From: an uncultured Gemmatimonadales bacterium
GTDB taxonomy: Bacteria > Gemmatimonadota > Gemmatimonadetes > Gemmatimonadales > Gemmatimonadaceae
NCBI GenBank assembly: GCA_963851265.1
Contig: CAWKNZ010000006.1
Span: 111,053-175,052, forward strand
Reading direction: 5' to 3'
Length of the DNA stretch: 64,000 nt
Shown here: positions 10,209 to 19,421 of the stretch, in pieces
Numbering within the stretch: position 1 is the first letter of the stretch
How the letters are laid out: each line of letters opens with the position of its first letter
Made by a program: the position numbers and the translations under genes
The notes under the pieces: generated by a model
The model's database searches: none
Seen by the model: the letters and a program-made list of their open reading frames with translations, nothing else
Told to the model about the DNA's origin: nothing

Positions 10209-10679
10209 GTGTCCCCAACAATCGCCAACGACGCCCCGCCGCTCCTCGTCGTCGAGGACAGCGAGGAGGACTACACCGCGCTCCGCTGGGCGCTACGCAA
10301 GGTCGGGATCGACCGCCGGGTGCTGCGCTGCGCGAGTGGCGTCGAGGTGCTCGATTACCTGCGCCATACTGGCGCATACGCCGGCGAACGTGCGGCGTAC
10401 GCGCCTGTCCCCGCCCTCATCCTCCTCGACCTGAACCTCGGCGCCGACAACGGGCGTGACGTGCTCGCCGCCCTCAAGGCCGACGCGGCGCTGCGCCGCA
10501 TCCCGGTGGTCGTGTGGACCACGTCCGCGCACCCCGACGACGTCGCCCAGTGCTACGAACGCGGCGCGAGCGGCTACGCGACCAAGCCGGTCGACGTCGA
10601 CCAGCTCGTCGAATCGCTGCGGAACGTCACGCGCTACTGGTTCGGGTGCGTGATCCTGCCCTCGCACGCGCACCCGTGA
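10209..10679 (+). CDS. Single-domain response regulator of the bacteriophytochrome (BphR/Rcp1-like) type
   Basis: LVVEDSEED, phosphoacceptor ILLDLNL, WTTS, KP and C-terminal YWFGCVILP; GTG start 3 nt after the bphP stop. Confidence 0.92.
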   Translation: MSPTIANDAPPLLVVEDSEEDYTALRWALRKVGIDRRVLRCASGVEVLDYLRHTGAYAGERAAYAPVPALILLDLNLGADNGRDVLAALKADAALRRIPVVVWTTSAHPDDVAQCYERGASGYATKPVDVDQLVESLRNVTRYWFGCVILPSHAHP

Positions 10680-12463
10680 CCAGGTCCGACGCGTCACGCA
10701 CCGTGCTCGTCGTCGACGACTCGCCGGAGGACGCCGAGATCGTCCGCCGCCATCTCCGTCGGGCCACCGATCGCGCGTACGTCGTCCGGCACGTGCAACT
10801 CGCCGCGGACGCGCTCGCCGCCATCCGTGACACCGCCACCCGGCCGGACGTCGTCCTGCTCGACCACAGCCTGCCCGACATGACGGGGCTCGAGCTGCTC
10901 GACCTGCTCGCGGGCGAACCGGGGGGTACGCCGGTACCGGTCGTCATGCTCACGGGCACCCACGCCCAGGTCGACACCGCCGTGTCGGCCATGCAGCGTG
11001 GGGCGCTCGACTACCTGGCGAAGGACGCGCTCAACGCCGACGCGCTGCGGCGCGCGATCGACGGCGCGCTCGACCGCTTTGCGAGTTCCCGCCTCGTGGC
11101 GTCGCAGCGCGACGAACTCGAGCGCCGCCACCGCGCGCTCGACGCGGCCACGGCGCGCACCTCGCGCCTGCTCGCCATCGTCACCGCCCTCGGCGGTGCC
11201 CTCACGCCCGACGACGTCGCACAGACGATCCTCGACGAGGTGATGCCGGCCGTGGGTGCCATGATGGGGATGATGGTCCTCGTCCGCGCCCCTGCCGACC
11301 CCGCAGGGGACGGCGAACGCGCGTCGTCGCCGACGCTGGAACTCGTGCGGAGCGTGGGCCTGCCCGCTGACGCGCGGGACCTCTGGCGCCGCATCGCGCG
11401 CGACGCCGACCTGCCGCTGACACACGCCGTCCGGACCGGCGAGCCCGTCTGGGTGGCTTCGGTCGCCGACGCCGTCCCGGGCTCCGACGCGGTCGCCGGC
11501 CTCCGCGCGGCGGTCGGCTACCGTGCCGCGGCCGTGCTGCCGCTCCTCGTCGAGGACCGGGCCGTGGGCGCGGTCGCGCTCGGCTTCCCCGAGGTGCGCG
11601 CGTTCGGCGCACAGGAGCAGGCGTTCCTGCTCACCGTCGCGCGGCAGTGCGCGCAGGCGCTGGAGCGCGCGCGCCTCTACGCGGCCGAACACGCCGCGCG
11701 CGCGGAAGCAGAGGCCGCACGCGCCGACGCCGAGCGCGCCAACCGCGCCAAGGCGCAGTTCCTCGCCGCGATGAGCCACGAGCTGCGCACACCGCTCAAC
11801 GCGATCGCCGGCTACGCGGAGCTCATGGAGATGGGCATCCGCGGCCCGGTCACGGCCGAGCAGCGCGAGGACCTCGCGCGGGTGCGGCGCGCGGGGCAAC
11901 ACCTCCAGTCGCTCATCAACGACATCCTCAACCACGCCCGACTCGAAGCCGGCACCGTGCGCTACGACCTGCAGACCGTGCTGCTCGACGAGGTCGTCGC
12001 AGACGTCGAGGCGCTCGTGTCACCGCAGCTCCGCGCGCGAGCCCTCACCTTCTCGCACGACGGCTGCGCCACCGACACGCCCGAACGCCCGCACGCCGTG
12101 CGCGCCGACGGCGAGAAGGTCCGGCAGGTGCTGCTCAACCTGATGACCAACGCGATCAAGTTCACCGCGCCCGGCGGCCGCATCGAACTCGCGTGCGCGA
12201 TCGATCGCGGGGCGGACGGGCGCCCGACGGTCGTCCGCCTGCGGGTGAGCGACACCGGGCGCGGCATCGCGTCGGGCGCGCTCACCCAGATCTTCGAGCC
12301 CTTCGTGCAGGTGGACCGACACCGCACGCACGAGAGTCAGCAGGGCGTGGGGCTCGGCCTCGCCATCAGCCGCGACCTGGCGCGCGGCATGGGCGGCGAC
12401 CTCACGGCCGAGAGCACGCCCGGCGTGGGGTCCGCGTTCACGCTCACCCTGCCCTCCGCCTAA
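10676..12463 (+). CDS. Hybrid histidine kinase REC-GAF-HisKA-HATPase
   Basis: REC (VVDDSPED, LLDHSLPD), GAF-like region (VLPLLVEDRAVGAVALGF), MSHELRTPLNA and NAIKFT. GTGA overlap with the response regulator. Confidence 0.92.
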   Translation: MTRSDASRTVLVVDDSPEDAEIVRRHLRRATDRAYVVRHVQLAADALAAIRDTATRPDVVLLDHSLPDMTGLELLDLLAGEPGGTPVPVVMLTGTHAQVDTAVSAMQRGALDYLAKDALNADALRRAIDGALDRFASSRLVASQRDELERRHRALDAATARTSRLLAIVTALGGALTPDDVAQTILDEVMPAVGAMMGMMVLVRAPADPAGDGERASSPTLELVRSVGLPADARDLWRRIARDADLPLTHAVRTGEPVWVASVADAVPGSDAVAGLRAAVGYRAAAVLPLLVEDRAVGAVALGFPEVRAFGAQEQAFLLTVARQCAQALERARLYAAEHAARAEAEAARADAERANRAKAQFLAAMSHELRTPLNAIAGYAELMEMGIRGPVTAEQREDLARVRRAGQHLQSLINDILNHARLEAGTVRYDLQTVLLDEVVADVEALVSPQLRARALTFSHDGCATDTPERPHAVRADGEKVRQVLLNLMTNAIKFTAPGGRIELACAIDRGADGRPTVVRLRVSDTGRGIASGALTQIFEPFVQVDRHRTHESQQGVGLGLAISRDLARGMGGDLTAESTPGVGSAFTLTLPSA

Positions 12464-12483
12464 CGATCGGCGGCGTCGGGCCG

Positions 12484-12509
12484 GGCCGCGTCACGCCGGC
12501 GACGCGGCC
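12484..12509. terminator. Hairpin between convergent genes
   Basis: GGCCGCGTC-N8-GACGCGGCC perfect 9-bp stem. Confidence 0.35.
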
Positions 12510-12745
12510 GCCCCCGGGGCGCGCTTGCCGCGGCTGAACAGGTCCGCCAGGATGAAGAACGTCGGCGCCCACAGCCCGATGAAGATCCCGAACCGCTCGG
12601 CGTGCGCGCGTTCGACTTCGGTGTCGCCGCGCGCGGCCGCCCACGTCGCGACGGAGCCGACGATCGACGCCGCGCCGAACACGACGCACGCGGTGCTGAG
12701 CTGTTCGAGGGGGGTGCGGGCCGGGACCAGGGACGACGAGGTCAT
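12491..12745 (-). CDS. Small conserved hypothetical membrane protein (84 aa, 2 TM, ERFGIFIGLWAPTF motif)
   Basis: Two hydrophobic segments. I recall the G-I-F-x-G-x-W-A-P-T motif from other bacterial hypothetical proteins. Confidence 0.7.
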   Translation of the reverse strand: MTSSSLVPARTPLEQLSTACVVFGAASIVGSVATWAAARGDTEVERAHAERFGIFIGLWAPTFFILADLFSRGKRAPGAAASPA

Positions 12746-12875
12746 GCGGACTTCCGGGTTCGAGGATGGCGGCGCGCCGGACGTCCGCGCGCACGCCGGC
12801 AAAGCGTGCCCGGACCGCGTTCGTTCCCGACCGCCGCCCGCCCCGGGCGTGCGCGCCGCCGCCCCGCGCCGGACG

Positions 12876-15140
12876 TTAGGCGGTCGGGCGCGGGGCGGCG
12901 AGGAGCTCCGCGAACGCGGCGGCCGGGAGCGGACGCGCGAAGTGGTATCCCTGTCCGTACCCGCAGCCGAGCGCGCGGAGCACGTCGGCCTGCGCGGCGC
13001 GCTCGACCCCCTCGGCCACCACGCGGAGCCCGAGCGCCGCGCCGAGCGCGACGATCGCGCGCGTGAGCACCGGGTCGTGCCCGTCGGTCGCGACCCCGTC
13101 CACGAAGCTCTTGTCGATCTTGAGCACGTCCACCGGGAAACGCTGCAGGTAGCTGAGCGAACTGTACCCCGTCCCGAAGTCGTCGACCGCGAGCGTGACG
13201 CCCAGCGTCTTCAGCTCGGTGAGGCGCGCGACCGCCGCGTCCGTGTCGGCGAGCATCGCGGTCTCGGTGATCTCGAGCGTGAGCGCGCCGGCCGGGAGCC
13301 CCGCCGCCGCGAGCGCGTCGCGCACCTCGGCGACGATGGACGCGTGGTGAATCTGCAGCGCGGCGAGGTTGACGCTCACCGACGGCCGCCGCCCGCCGGC
13401 CGCCGACTGCCACCGTGCCGCCTCGCGACACGCTTCCTCCAGCACCCAGCGCCCGATCGAGACGACGAGCCCCGTCTGTTCGGCCACCGGAATGAACTCG
13501 ATGGGCGGGATCATCCCGCGCACGGGGTGCTGCCAGCGGACGAGTGCTTCCGCCCCGACGACGTGCCCCGTGTCGAGGTCGACGAGCGGCTGATAGTGCA
13601 GCACCAGCTCGCCGCGTTCGGCCGCGCCGCGCAGATCGTTCTCGAGCGCGCGGCGTTCCTGCGCGCGGTGGTGCATCGCCGGCACGAACAGCTCGTGGCG
13701 CCCCTTGCCACCGTGTTTGGCGGCGTACATCGCCACGTCGGCGAAGCGCAGCAGGTCCTCCGCTGCGAGGTTCGCGTTGGCGTCCTCGGGCGAGGCACCG
13801 CCGGCCGCGGCGGCGTCGGAGCCGAGTGCGATCCCGATGCTCGCGACCGGGCGCAGCTCGGCGCCCTGCACGCACACCGGGGCCGCGAGCGTCGAGGCGA
13901 CGCGCTCGGCGGCGACCACGGCCTCGCCCGCGTCGTGCACGCCGCGCAGCAGGATCGCGAACTCGTCGCCGCCGAGGCGCGCGACGGTGTCGGAGCCGCG
14001 CGTGGCCCGGAGCAGGCGACTCGCGACTTCGATCAGGAGGACGTCGCCGGCCGCGTGCCCCAGCGCATCGTTCACCCCCTTGAAGTCGTCGAGGTCGACG
14101 TAGAGCACCGCCAGCGACGCCCGGCCGCCCGGGTCGGCCGCGGCGCGCGCGAGTCGCTCGCGGAAGCGCGTCCGGTTCGGCAGCCCCGTGAGGGCGTCGT
14201 GCCGCGCGTCGTGGACGAGTTGCTCCTCCGCCCGCTTGCGGTCCGAGATGTCGGTCTGCGACCCCGCCATGCGGACGACCGCGCCCAACGCATCGACGAC
14301 GCGGACACCGCGCAGGTGCACCCAGCGGTACGCGCCGTCGCGGTGCGCGATCCGGTACTCGAGTTCGAAGAGGCTGTCCGGCGCCGCTTGCGGCAGCAGC
14401 AGCTCGGCGCGTACGCCGGCGGCGTCTTCCGGGTGGATGCGCGCGAGCCACTCCGACGGCGTCGCGCCGACCTCGTGCTCGGCGTAGCCGATGATGTCCT
14501 TCCAGCGCGGCGAGAAGTAGACCGTGTTGGCCGACACGTTCCAGTCCCACAGCCCGTCGTGCGCGCCGCGCGCGGTGAGCGCATACCGCGCCTCGCTCGC
14601 GGCGAGGTTCCCGGCGACCGTCCGTTCGCGTCGCGCCGTCATGTAGAACACGAGCAGGACGGTGCTCAGGTTGCTGATGAAGAGCGCGGGGCTCAGTCGC
14701 GGGGCCGGAATCACGGCCGCGACCGCGACGACGCCCGCGACGGTGGCGATCCCGTACGCCGCCAGCACGCGCGGGTCCTGGATCACCGCGCCGATCAGCG
14801 CGGCGATCATCATCAGCCCGATGTCGTACTCGCCGGCGAACGCGTTGAGCCGCAGCAGGTTGATCACCCAGACCGTGATCAGGATCAGGACCGCGTACAG
14901 CGCGCGACGGAAGCGGCGCCGGTTGGGAAGCTGCCCGAGCGCGACGAGCATCAGGCAGGCGCCGACGATGCACCACCGGTGCAGCCACGGGTCCACGGCG
15001 TTCGGCATGACGCGCGCGTAGACGAACCGGAACGCCACCACCGCGAGGGCGGCGAGCGCCGCGTAGCGCTGGAGCACCCGCACGTCGTCGGCGGCGGCGT
15101 CCGGCGTCGAGGCGCGTTTCGAGACCACGGCCGTCCTCAT
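12876..15140 (-). CDS. Membrane-bound PAS-GGDEF-EAL diguanylate cyclase/phosphodiesterase
   Basis: About 5 N-terminal TM helices, PAS (DGLWDWN..YFSPRW..RIHPED), RLGGDEF, GAEALVRW and DDFGTGYSSLSYL. True start is MRTAVV at 15140, not the ORF-track start at 17012. Confidence 0.93.
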   Translation of the reverse strand: MRTAVVSKRASTPDAAADDVRVLQRYAALAALAVVAFRFVYARVMPNAVDPWLHRWCIVGACLMLVALGQLPNRRRFRRALYAVLILITVWVINLLRLNAFAGEYDIGLMMIAALIGAVIQDPRVLAAYGIATVAGVVAVAAVIPAPRLSPALFISNLSTVLLVFYMTARRERTVAGNLAASEARYALTARGAHDGLWDWNVSANTVYFSPRWKDIIGYAEHEVGATPSEWLARIHPEDAAGVRAELLLPQAAPDSLFELEYRIAHRDGAYRWVHLRGVRVVDALGAVVRMAGSQTDISDRKRAEEQLVHDARHDALTGLPNRTRFRERLARAAADPGGRASLAVLYVDLDDFKGVNDALGHAAGDVLLIEVASRLLRATRGSDTVARLGGDEFAILLRGVHDAGEAVVAAERVASTLAAPVCVQGAELRPVASIGIALGSDAAAAGGASPEDANANLAAEDLLRFADVAMYAAKHGGKGRHELFVPAMHHRAQERRALENDLRGAAERGELVLHYQPLVDLDTGHVVGAEALVRWQHPVRGMIPPIEFIPVAEQTGLVVSIGRWVLEEACREAARWQSAAGGRRPSVSVNLAALQIHHASIVAEVRDALAAAGLPAGALTLEITETAMLADTDAAVARLTELKTLGVTLAVDDFGTGYSSLSYLQRFPVDVLKIDKSFVDGVATDGHDPVLTRAIVALGAALGLRVVAEGVERAAQADVLRALGCGYGQGYHFARPLPAAAFAELLAAPRPTA

Positions 15141-15382
15141 GTGCGCGCCGTCCGGCTGCGCGCGGCCGCTCGCAGGCGAACGCACGTCGCGGCGGACCGC
15201 TCGGCGCGGCGCACCTCGCGGAACGACGTCACGGACAGCATGGCGAGGAGACGAGTGGACGGGAGGGGCGCGGGGATCGCGCGGGGGTAGTGCCGTGTGG
15301 ACGATCGAATGACGTGAATGCCACACGCCCGCGCGCCTGGGCGCCCCCGCCGCGCGCCCAGCCGGCGCGCCGCTTGGGTGCG

Positions 15383-17890
15383 TTACGCCGGCGCGCCCGC
15401 CGTGGGGGCCTCCTCCGAACCCTCGCCCGCGGCCCGGCCGGCAGCAGCGTGCGACCCGGGCCCGGGCGTCCCCGTCGTCACCCCCCACCGCCAGTCGCGG
15501 ATCTCGGGCATGTCCTCGCCGCGCTCGGTCACGTACGCGCGGTGTGCGGCGAGCCGGTCGTGGCAGTATGCGGCGAGCGCCTCGCCCTCGGGCGACGTCG
15601 CCAGGTCCGGCACCCGCGCGATTACGTCGAGCGTGAGGTGAAAGCGGTCGATGTCGTTCAGCACGGTCATGTCGAACGGCGTGGTCGTCGTGCCCTCCTC
15701 CTTGTAGCCGCGGACGTGCAGGTTGGCGTGGTTGGTGCGCCGGTACGCGAGCCGGTGGATGAGGTACGGGTAGCCGTGGAACGCGAAGACGACGGGCCGG
15801 TCGGTCGTGAACAGCGCGTCGAACACCTCGTCCGTGACTCCGTGCGGGTGCTCCGTGTGTGGCTGCAGCGTCATCAGGTCGACGACGTTGACGACGCGCG
15901 TGCGGAGCCGCGGCAACCGCTCGCGGAGGAGCTGCGCGCAGGCGAGCATCTCGAGCGTCGGCACGTCGCCGGCGCACGCGAGCACGACGTCGGGGTCGAG
16001 GTCTCCCGTCGTCCCGGCCCACTCCCACGACCCCAGCCCGGCGCGGCAGTGCTCGACCGCGGCGTCCATCGCGAGCCACTGCGGCGCGGGCTGCTTGCCC
16101 GCGACCACCACGTTGACGTAGCTGCGGCTCCGCAGGCAGTGGTCGGCCACCGAGAGGAGCGTGTTCGCGTCGGGCGGCAGGTAGATGCGCACCACGTCGG
16201 CCTTCTTGTTCGCGATGTGGTCCAGAAAGCCCGGGTCCTGGTGGCTGAACCCGTTGTGGTCCTGCCGCCAGACGTGCGACGTGAGCAGGTAGGTGAGCGA
16301 CGGGACGGGCGCGCGCCACGGAATCCCGCGCGTCGTCTTGAGCCACTTGGCGTGCTGGTTGACCATCGAGTCGACGATGTGCACGAACGCCTCGTAGCAC
16401 GAGAACAGGCCGTGGCGCCCGGTGAGCAGGTAGCCTTCGAGCCAGCCCTGGCACAGGTGCTCGCTCAGCACCTCCAGCACGCGACCGCCGTGGCCGACGT
16501 GCTCGTCGGTCGGCAGCGACGCGGCCTCGAGCTCGCGCCCGGTCACCTCGAACACCGCGTCCAAACGGTTGGAACTCGTCTCGTCGGGGCCGAAGAGGCG
16601 GAACGTTTCGGGGTTGGCGCGCATCACGTCGCGCAGCCAGGTGCCTAACACGCGCGTCGCCTCGCCGTCTCGCGCGCCCGGGGCCGGCACGTCCACTCCG
16701 TAGTCGCGGAAGTTCGGGAGCGCGAGGTCGCGCGTGAGCAGCCCGCCGTTGGCGTGCGGGTTCGCGCCCATCCGGCGCGTCCCCTCCGGCGCGAGCGCGG
16801 CCAGCTCGGGGACGAGCGCGCCGTTCGCGTCGAACAGCGTCTCGGGCCGGTAGCTCCGCATCCAAGCCTCGAGCTGCCGCAGGTGCTCGGGTTCGTGCGC
16901 GAGGTTCGCGAGCGGTACCTGGTGCGCCCGCCACGTGCCCTCGACCGGGAGGCCGTCCACCACCTTGGGGCCCGTCCACCCCTTGGGTGTGACCAGCACG
17001 ATCATCGGCCACCGCGGGCGCTCGGTCACGCCGTCCTCGCGGGCGCGCCGCTGGATGTCGCGCACCTCGCCGACCACCGCGTCTAACGCCGCCGCCAGCT
17101 GCTGATGCACGAGCACGGGGTCATCCCCCTCGACCACGCGCGGCGCGTAGCCGTAGCCGTGCAGCAGCTCGAGCAATTCGGCGCGTGGGATCCGCGCGAG
17201 CACGGTGGGGCCCGCGATCTTGTAGCCGTTGAGGTGCAGGATGGGCAGCACCGCGCCGTCGCGCGCGGGGTCGAGGAACTTGTTCGAGTGCCAGCTCGCG
17301 GCGAGCGGCCCGGTCTCGGCCTCGCCGTCGCCGATCACGCAGCAGACGAACAGGTCGGGGTTGTCGAACGCGGCTCCGGTCGCGTGCACGAGCGCGTAGC
17401 CGAGCTCCCCCCCCTCGTGGATCGACCCGGGCGTCTCGGGCGCGACGTGGCTCGGGATGCCGCCGGGGAAGGAGAACTGCTTGAACAGCCGCTGCATGCC
17501 CGCGGCGTCGCGCGAGACGTGGGGGTACACCTCGCTGTACGTGCCCTCGAGGTAGACGTTGGCGACCACGCCCGGGCCGCCGTGCCCCGGTCCGGCGATG
17601 TAGATCGCGTCGAGCCCGTGCCGCCGGATCGCGCGGTTCATGTGCGCGTAGACGAGGTTGAGCCCGGGCGTCGTGCCCCAGTGACCGAGCAGCCGCGGCT
17701 TGACGTGCGCGAGCGTGAGCGGCTCCCGCAGGAGCGGGTTGTCGAGCAGGTAGATCTGCCCGACGGACAGGTAGTTGGCCGCGCGCCAGTAGGCGTCGAT
17801 CAGATGCAGCTCGTCCTCCCCGAGCGGAGCCGGCTGGGGCGGGGCAGCGGGCGTGCCGTCGGGCTCGGTGGGGTGGAGAACGGACGTCAT
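15383..17890 (-). CDS. xfp: Xylulose-5-P/fructose-6-P phosphoketolase
   Basis: [24 protein letters not shown] motif GDGE...HLNGYKI and [10 protein letters not shown]; SD-like GGAG before ATG 17890. Confidence 0.96.
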   Translation of the reverse strand: MTSVLHPTEPDGTPAAPPQPAPLGEDELHLIDAYWRAANYLSVGQIYLLDNPLLREPLTLAHVKPRLLGHWGTTPGLNLVYAHMNRAIRRHGLDAIYIAGPGHGGPGVVANVYLEGTYSEVYPHVSRDAAGMQRLFKQFSFPGGIPSHVAPETPGSIHEGGELGYALVHATGAAFDNPDLFVCCVIGDGEAETGPLAASWHSNKFLDPARDGAVLPILHLNGYKIAGPTVLARIPRAELLELLHGYGYAPRVVEGDDPVLVHQQLAAALDAVVGEVRDIQRRAREDGVTERPRWPMIVLVTPKGWTGPKVVDGLPVEGTWRAHQVPLANLAHEPEHLRQLEAWMRSYRPETLFDANGALVPELAALAPEGTRRMGANPHANGGLLTRDLALPNFRDYGVDVPAPGARDGEATRVLGTWLRDVMRANPETFRLFGPDETSSNRLDAVFEVTGRELEAASLPTDEHVGHGGRVLEVLSEHLCQGWLEGYLLTGRHGLFSCYEAFVHIVDSMVNQHAKWLKTTRGIPWRAPVPSLTYLLTSHVWRQDHNGFSHQDPGFLDHIANKKADVVRIYLPPDANTLLSVADHCLRSRSYVNVVVAGKQPAPQWLAMDAAVEHCRAGLGSWEWAGTTGDLDPDVVLACAGDVPTLEMLACAQLLRERLPRLRTRVVNVVDLMTLQPHTEHPHGVTDEVFDALFTTDRPVVFAFHGYPYLIHRLAYRRTNHANLHVRGYKEEGTTTTPFDMTVLNDIDRFHLTLDVIARVPDLATSPEGEALAAYCHDRLAAHRAYVTERGEDMPEIRDWRWGVTTGTPGPGSHAAAGRAAGEGSEEAPTAGAPA

Positions 17891-18008
17891 GACACTCCGG
17901 GTAGGGGGAACGCCGCAGGCCCGCCGCAGCGTGCGTGCCACCTGCACCCGTCGTGTACCTTCTGCCGCGGCCGATCGCGCGTCGTCTCCTCCTTCCGCTC
18001 TCTCGCCG

Positions 18009-19322
18009 ATGCTCGGATTTCGTCGCTTGCGTGTGTTTGTAACGATCGTGCTCGCGGCACCGTCGCCGCTCCTGGCCCAGCCCGCGACCACGGGCGGCTT
18101 CAGCGCGGCGCGGCTGGCGCGGATCGACAGCGTCTTCCAGGGCGCGGTCGATCGCGGCGAGATGGCCGGTGCGGTCGCGCTCGTTCTCCGCGACGGGCAA
18201 CCGGTGTACGAGCGGGCAATCGGATGGGCCGACCGCGACGCGGGGCGGCGCATGACACCGTCGACGCTCTTCCGCATCGCGTCGCAGACGAAGGCGCTGA
18301 CGAGCGTCGCGGTCATGATGCTCGTCGAGGAAGGCAGGCTCGGGCTCTCGGACCCCGTGGCGCGCTACATCCCGGCGTTCGCGCACACGACGGTCGCGGA
18401 AGGTACGGACGCCGGCCGCGCCGCGGTGCCGGCCCGCCGCGCGATCACCATCCGTGACCTGCTGACGCACACGTCGGGGATCTCGTACGGCACCGACAGC
18501 GTCGTCGCCCCGCTCTACGCGGCGCGCGGGCTGGGGCCCGCCGCCGGCTTCGGCTGGTATCTCGCCGACAAGCCCGCACCCATCTGCGCGACCGTCGACC
18601 AGATCGCGTCGCTCCCGTTCGTCGCCCAGCCCGGCGAGCGCTTCGTCTACGGCTACAGCACGGACGTGCTCGGCTGCGTGGTCGAGCGCGTGTCGGGCAC
18701 GCCGCTGGACGCGTTCTTCCGCGAGCGCATCACGGGCCCGCTCGGCATGCGCGACACGCGCTTCTTCGTCCCGCCGGCCGAGCGGGCGCGGCTCGCGACC
18801 GTGTACGCGAGCGCCGGGCCGGCGCCCGGCGGGACGCGCGCGGCGCCGGTGCGGCCCGCGCCGGCCGGCGCGCGCGGGCAGGGCGACTACGTGGACGGCC
18901 CGCGCGTCAGCTTCTCCGGAGGCGCCGGGCTCACCTCGACCGCGCGCGACTACGCGCGCTTCCTCGAGATGCTGCGCAACGGCGGGGCGCTCGGGGGCGT
19001 GCGCCTGCTCGGGCCCAAGACCGTCGCGCTGATGACGACGAACCAGACCGGGACGCTGTTCTCCGCGGGCGGCGAGGGATTCGGGCTCGGGTTCCAGGTA
19101 TTGGAGCGCGCCGGTGCGAACGGGCGAGCGGAGTCGGTGGGTACCTTCGGTTGGGGCGGCGCCTACGGCAGCACGTACGAGGTCGATCCGAAGGAAGGGA
19201 TCGTGCTCGTCGTCCTCACCCAGCAGCTGCCGAACGCGAGCGACGCGCTCGGCCGGTTCCCGATGCTCGTCTACCAGGCGCTCGTCGAACCGCGGGGGGG
19301 CGCTGACGCGGGCCGGCGCTGA
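18009..19322 (+). CDS. Secreted serine hydrolase, beta-lactamase/class C-like family
   Basis: Signal peptide, SxxK in [20 protein letters not shown] and FGWGG. Confidence 0.9.
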   Translation: MLGFRRLRVFVTIVLAAPSPLLAQPATTGGFSAARLARIDSVFQGAVDRGEMAGAVALVLRDGQPVYERAIGWADRDAGRRMTPSTLFRIASQTKALTSVAVMMLVEEGRLGLSDPVARYIPAFAHTTVAEGTDAGRAAVPARRAITIRDLLTHTSGISYGTDSVVAPLYAARGLGPAAGFGWYLADKPAPICATVDQIASLPFVAQPGERFVYGYSTDVLGCVVERVSGTPLDAFFRERITGPLGMRDTRFFVPPAERARLATVYASAGPAPGGTRAAPVRPAPAGARGQGDYVDGPRVSFSGGAGLTSTARDYARFLEMLRNGGALGGVRLLGPKTVALMTTNQTGTLFSAGGEGFGLGFQVLERAGANGRAESVGTFGWGGAYGSTYEVDPKEGIVLVVLTQQLPNASDALGRFPMLVYQALVEPRGGADAGRR

Positions 19323-19421
19323 CGCCGGCGGGCCCGCGCCCTTGCGTGCGGGCTACGTCGGGGCGCACTGTGCGATGGTCGTTCCGTGCCTGTTCGCGCT
19401 CACCCGCCCGAGGTTGCTCGC

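Noticed and set aside
12876-17012. Apparent 1378-aa giant GGDEF-EAL protein, and similar over-long ORFs (15383..18316, 57225..60557, 60744..63722, 33144..36134)
   Set aside because: The N-terminal extensions overlap other genes in another frame or strand; sensible internal starts exist (15140, 17890, 58574, 62609, 34985).
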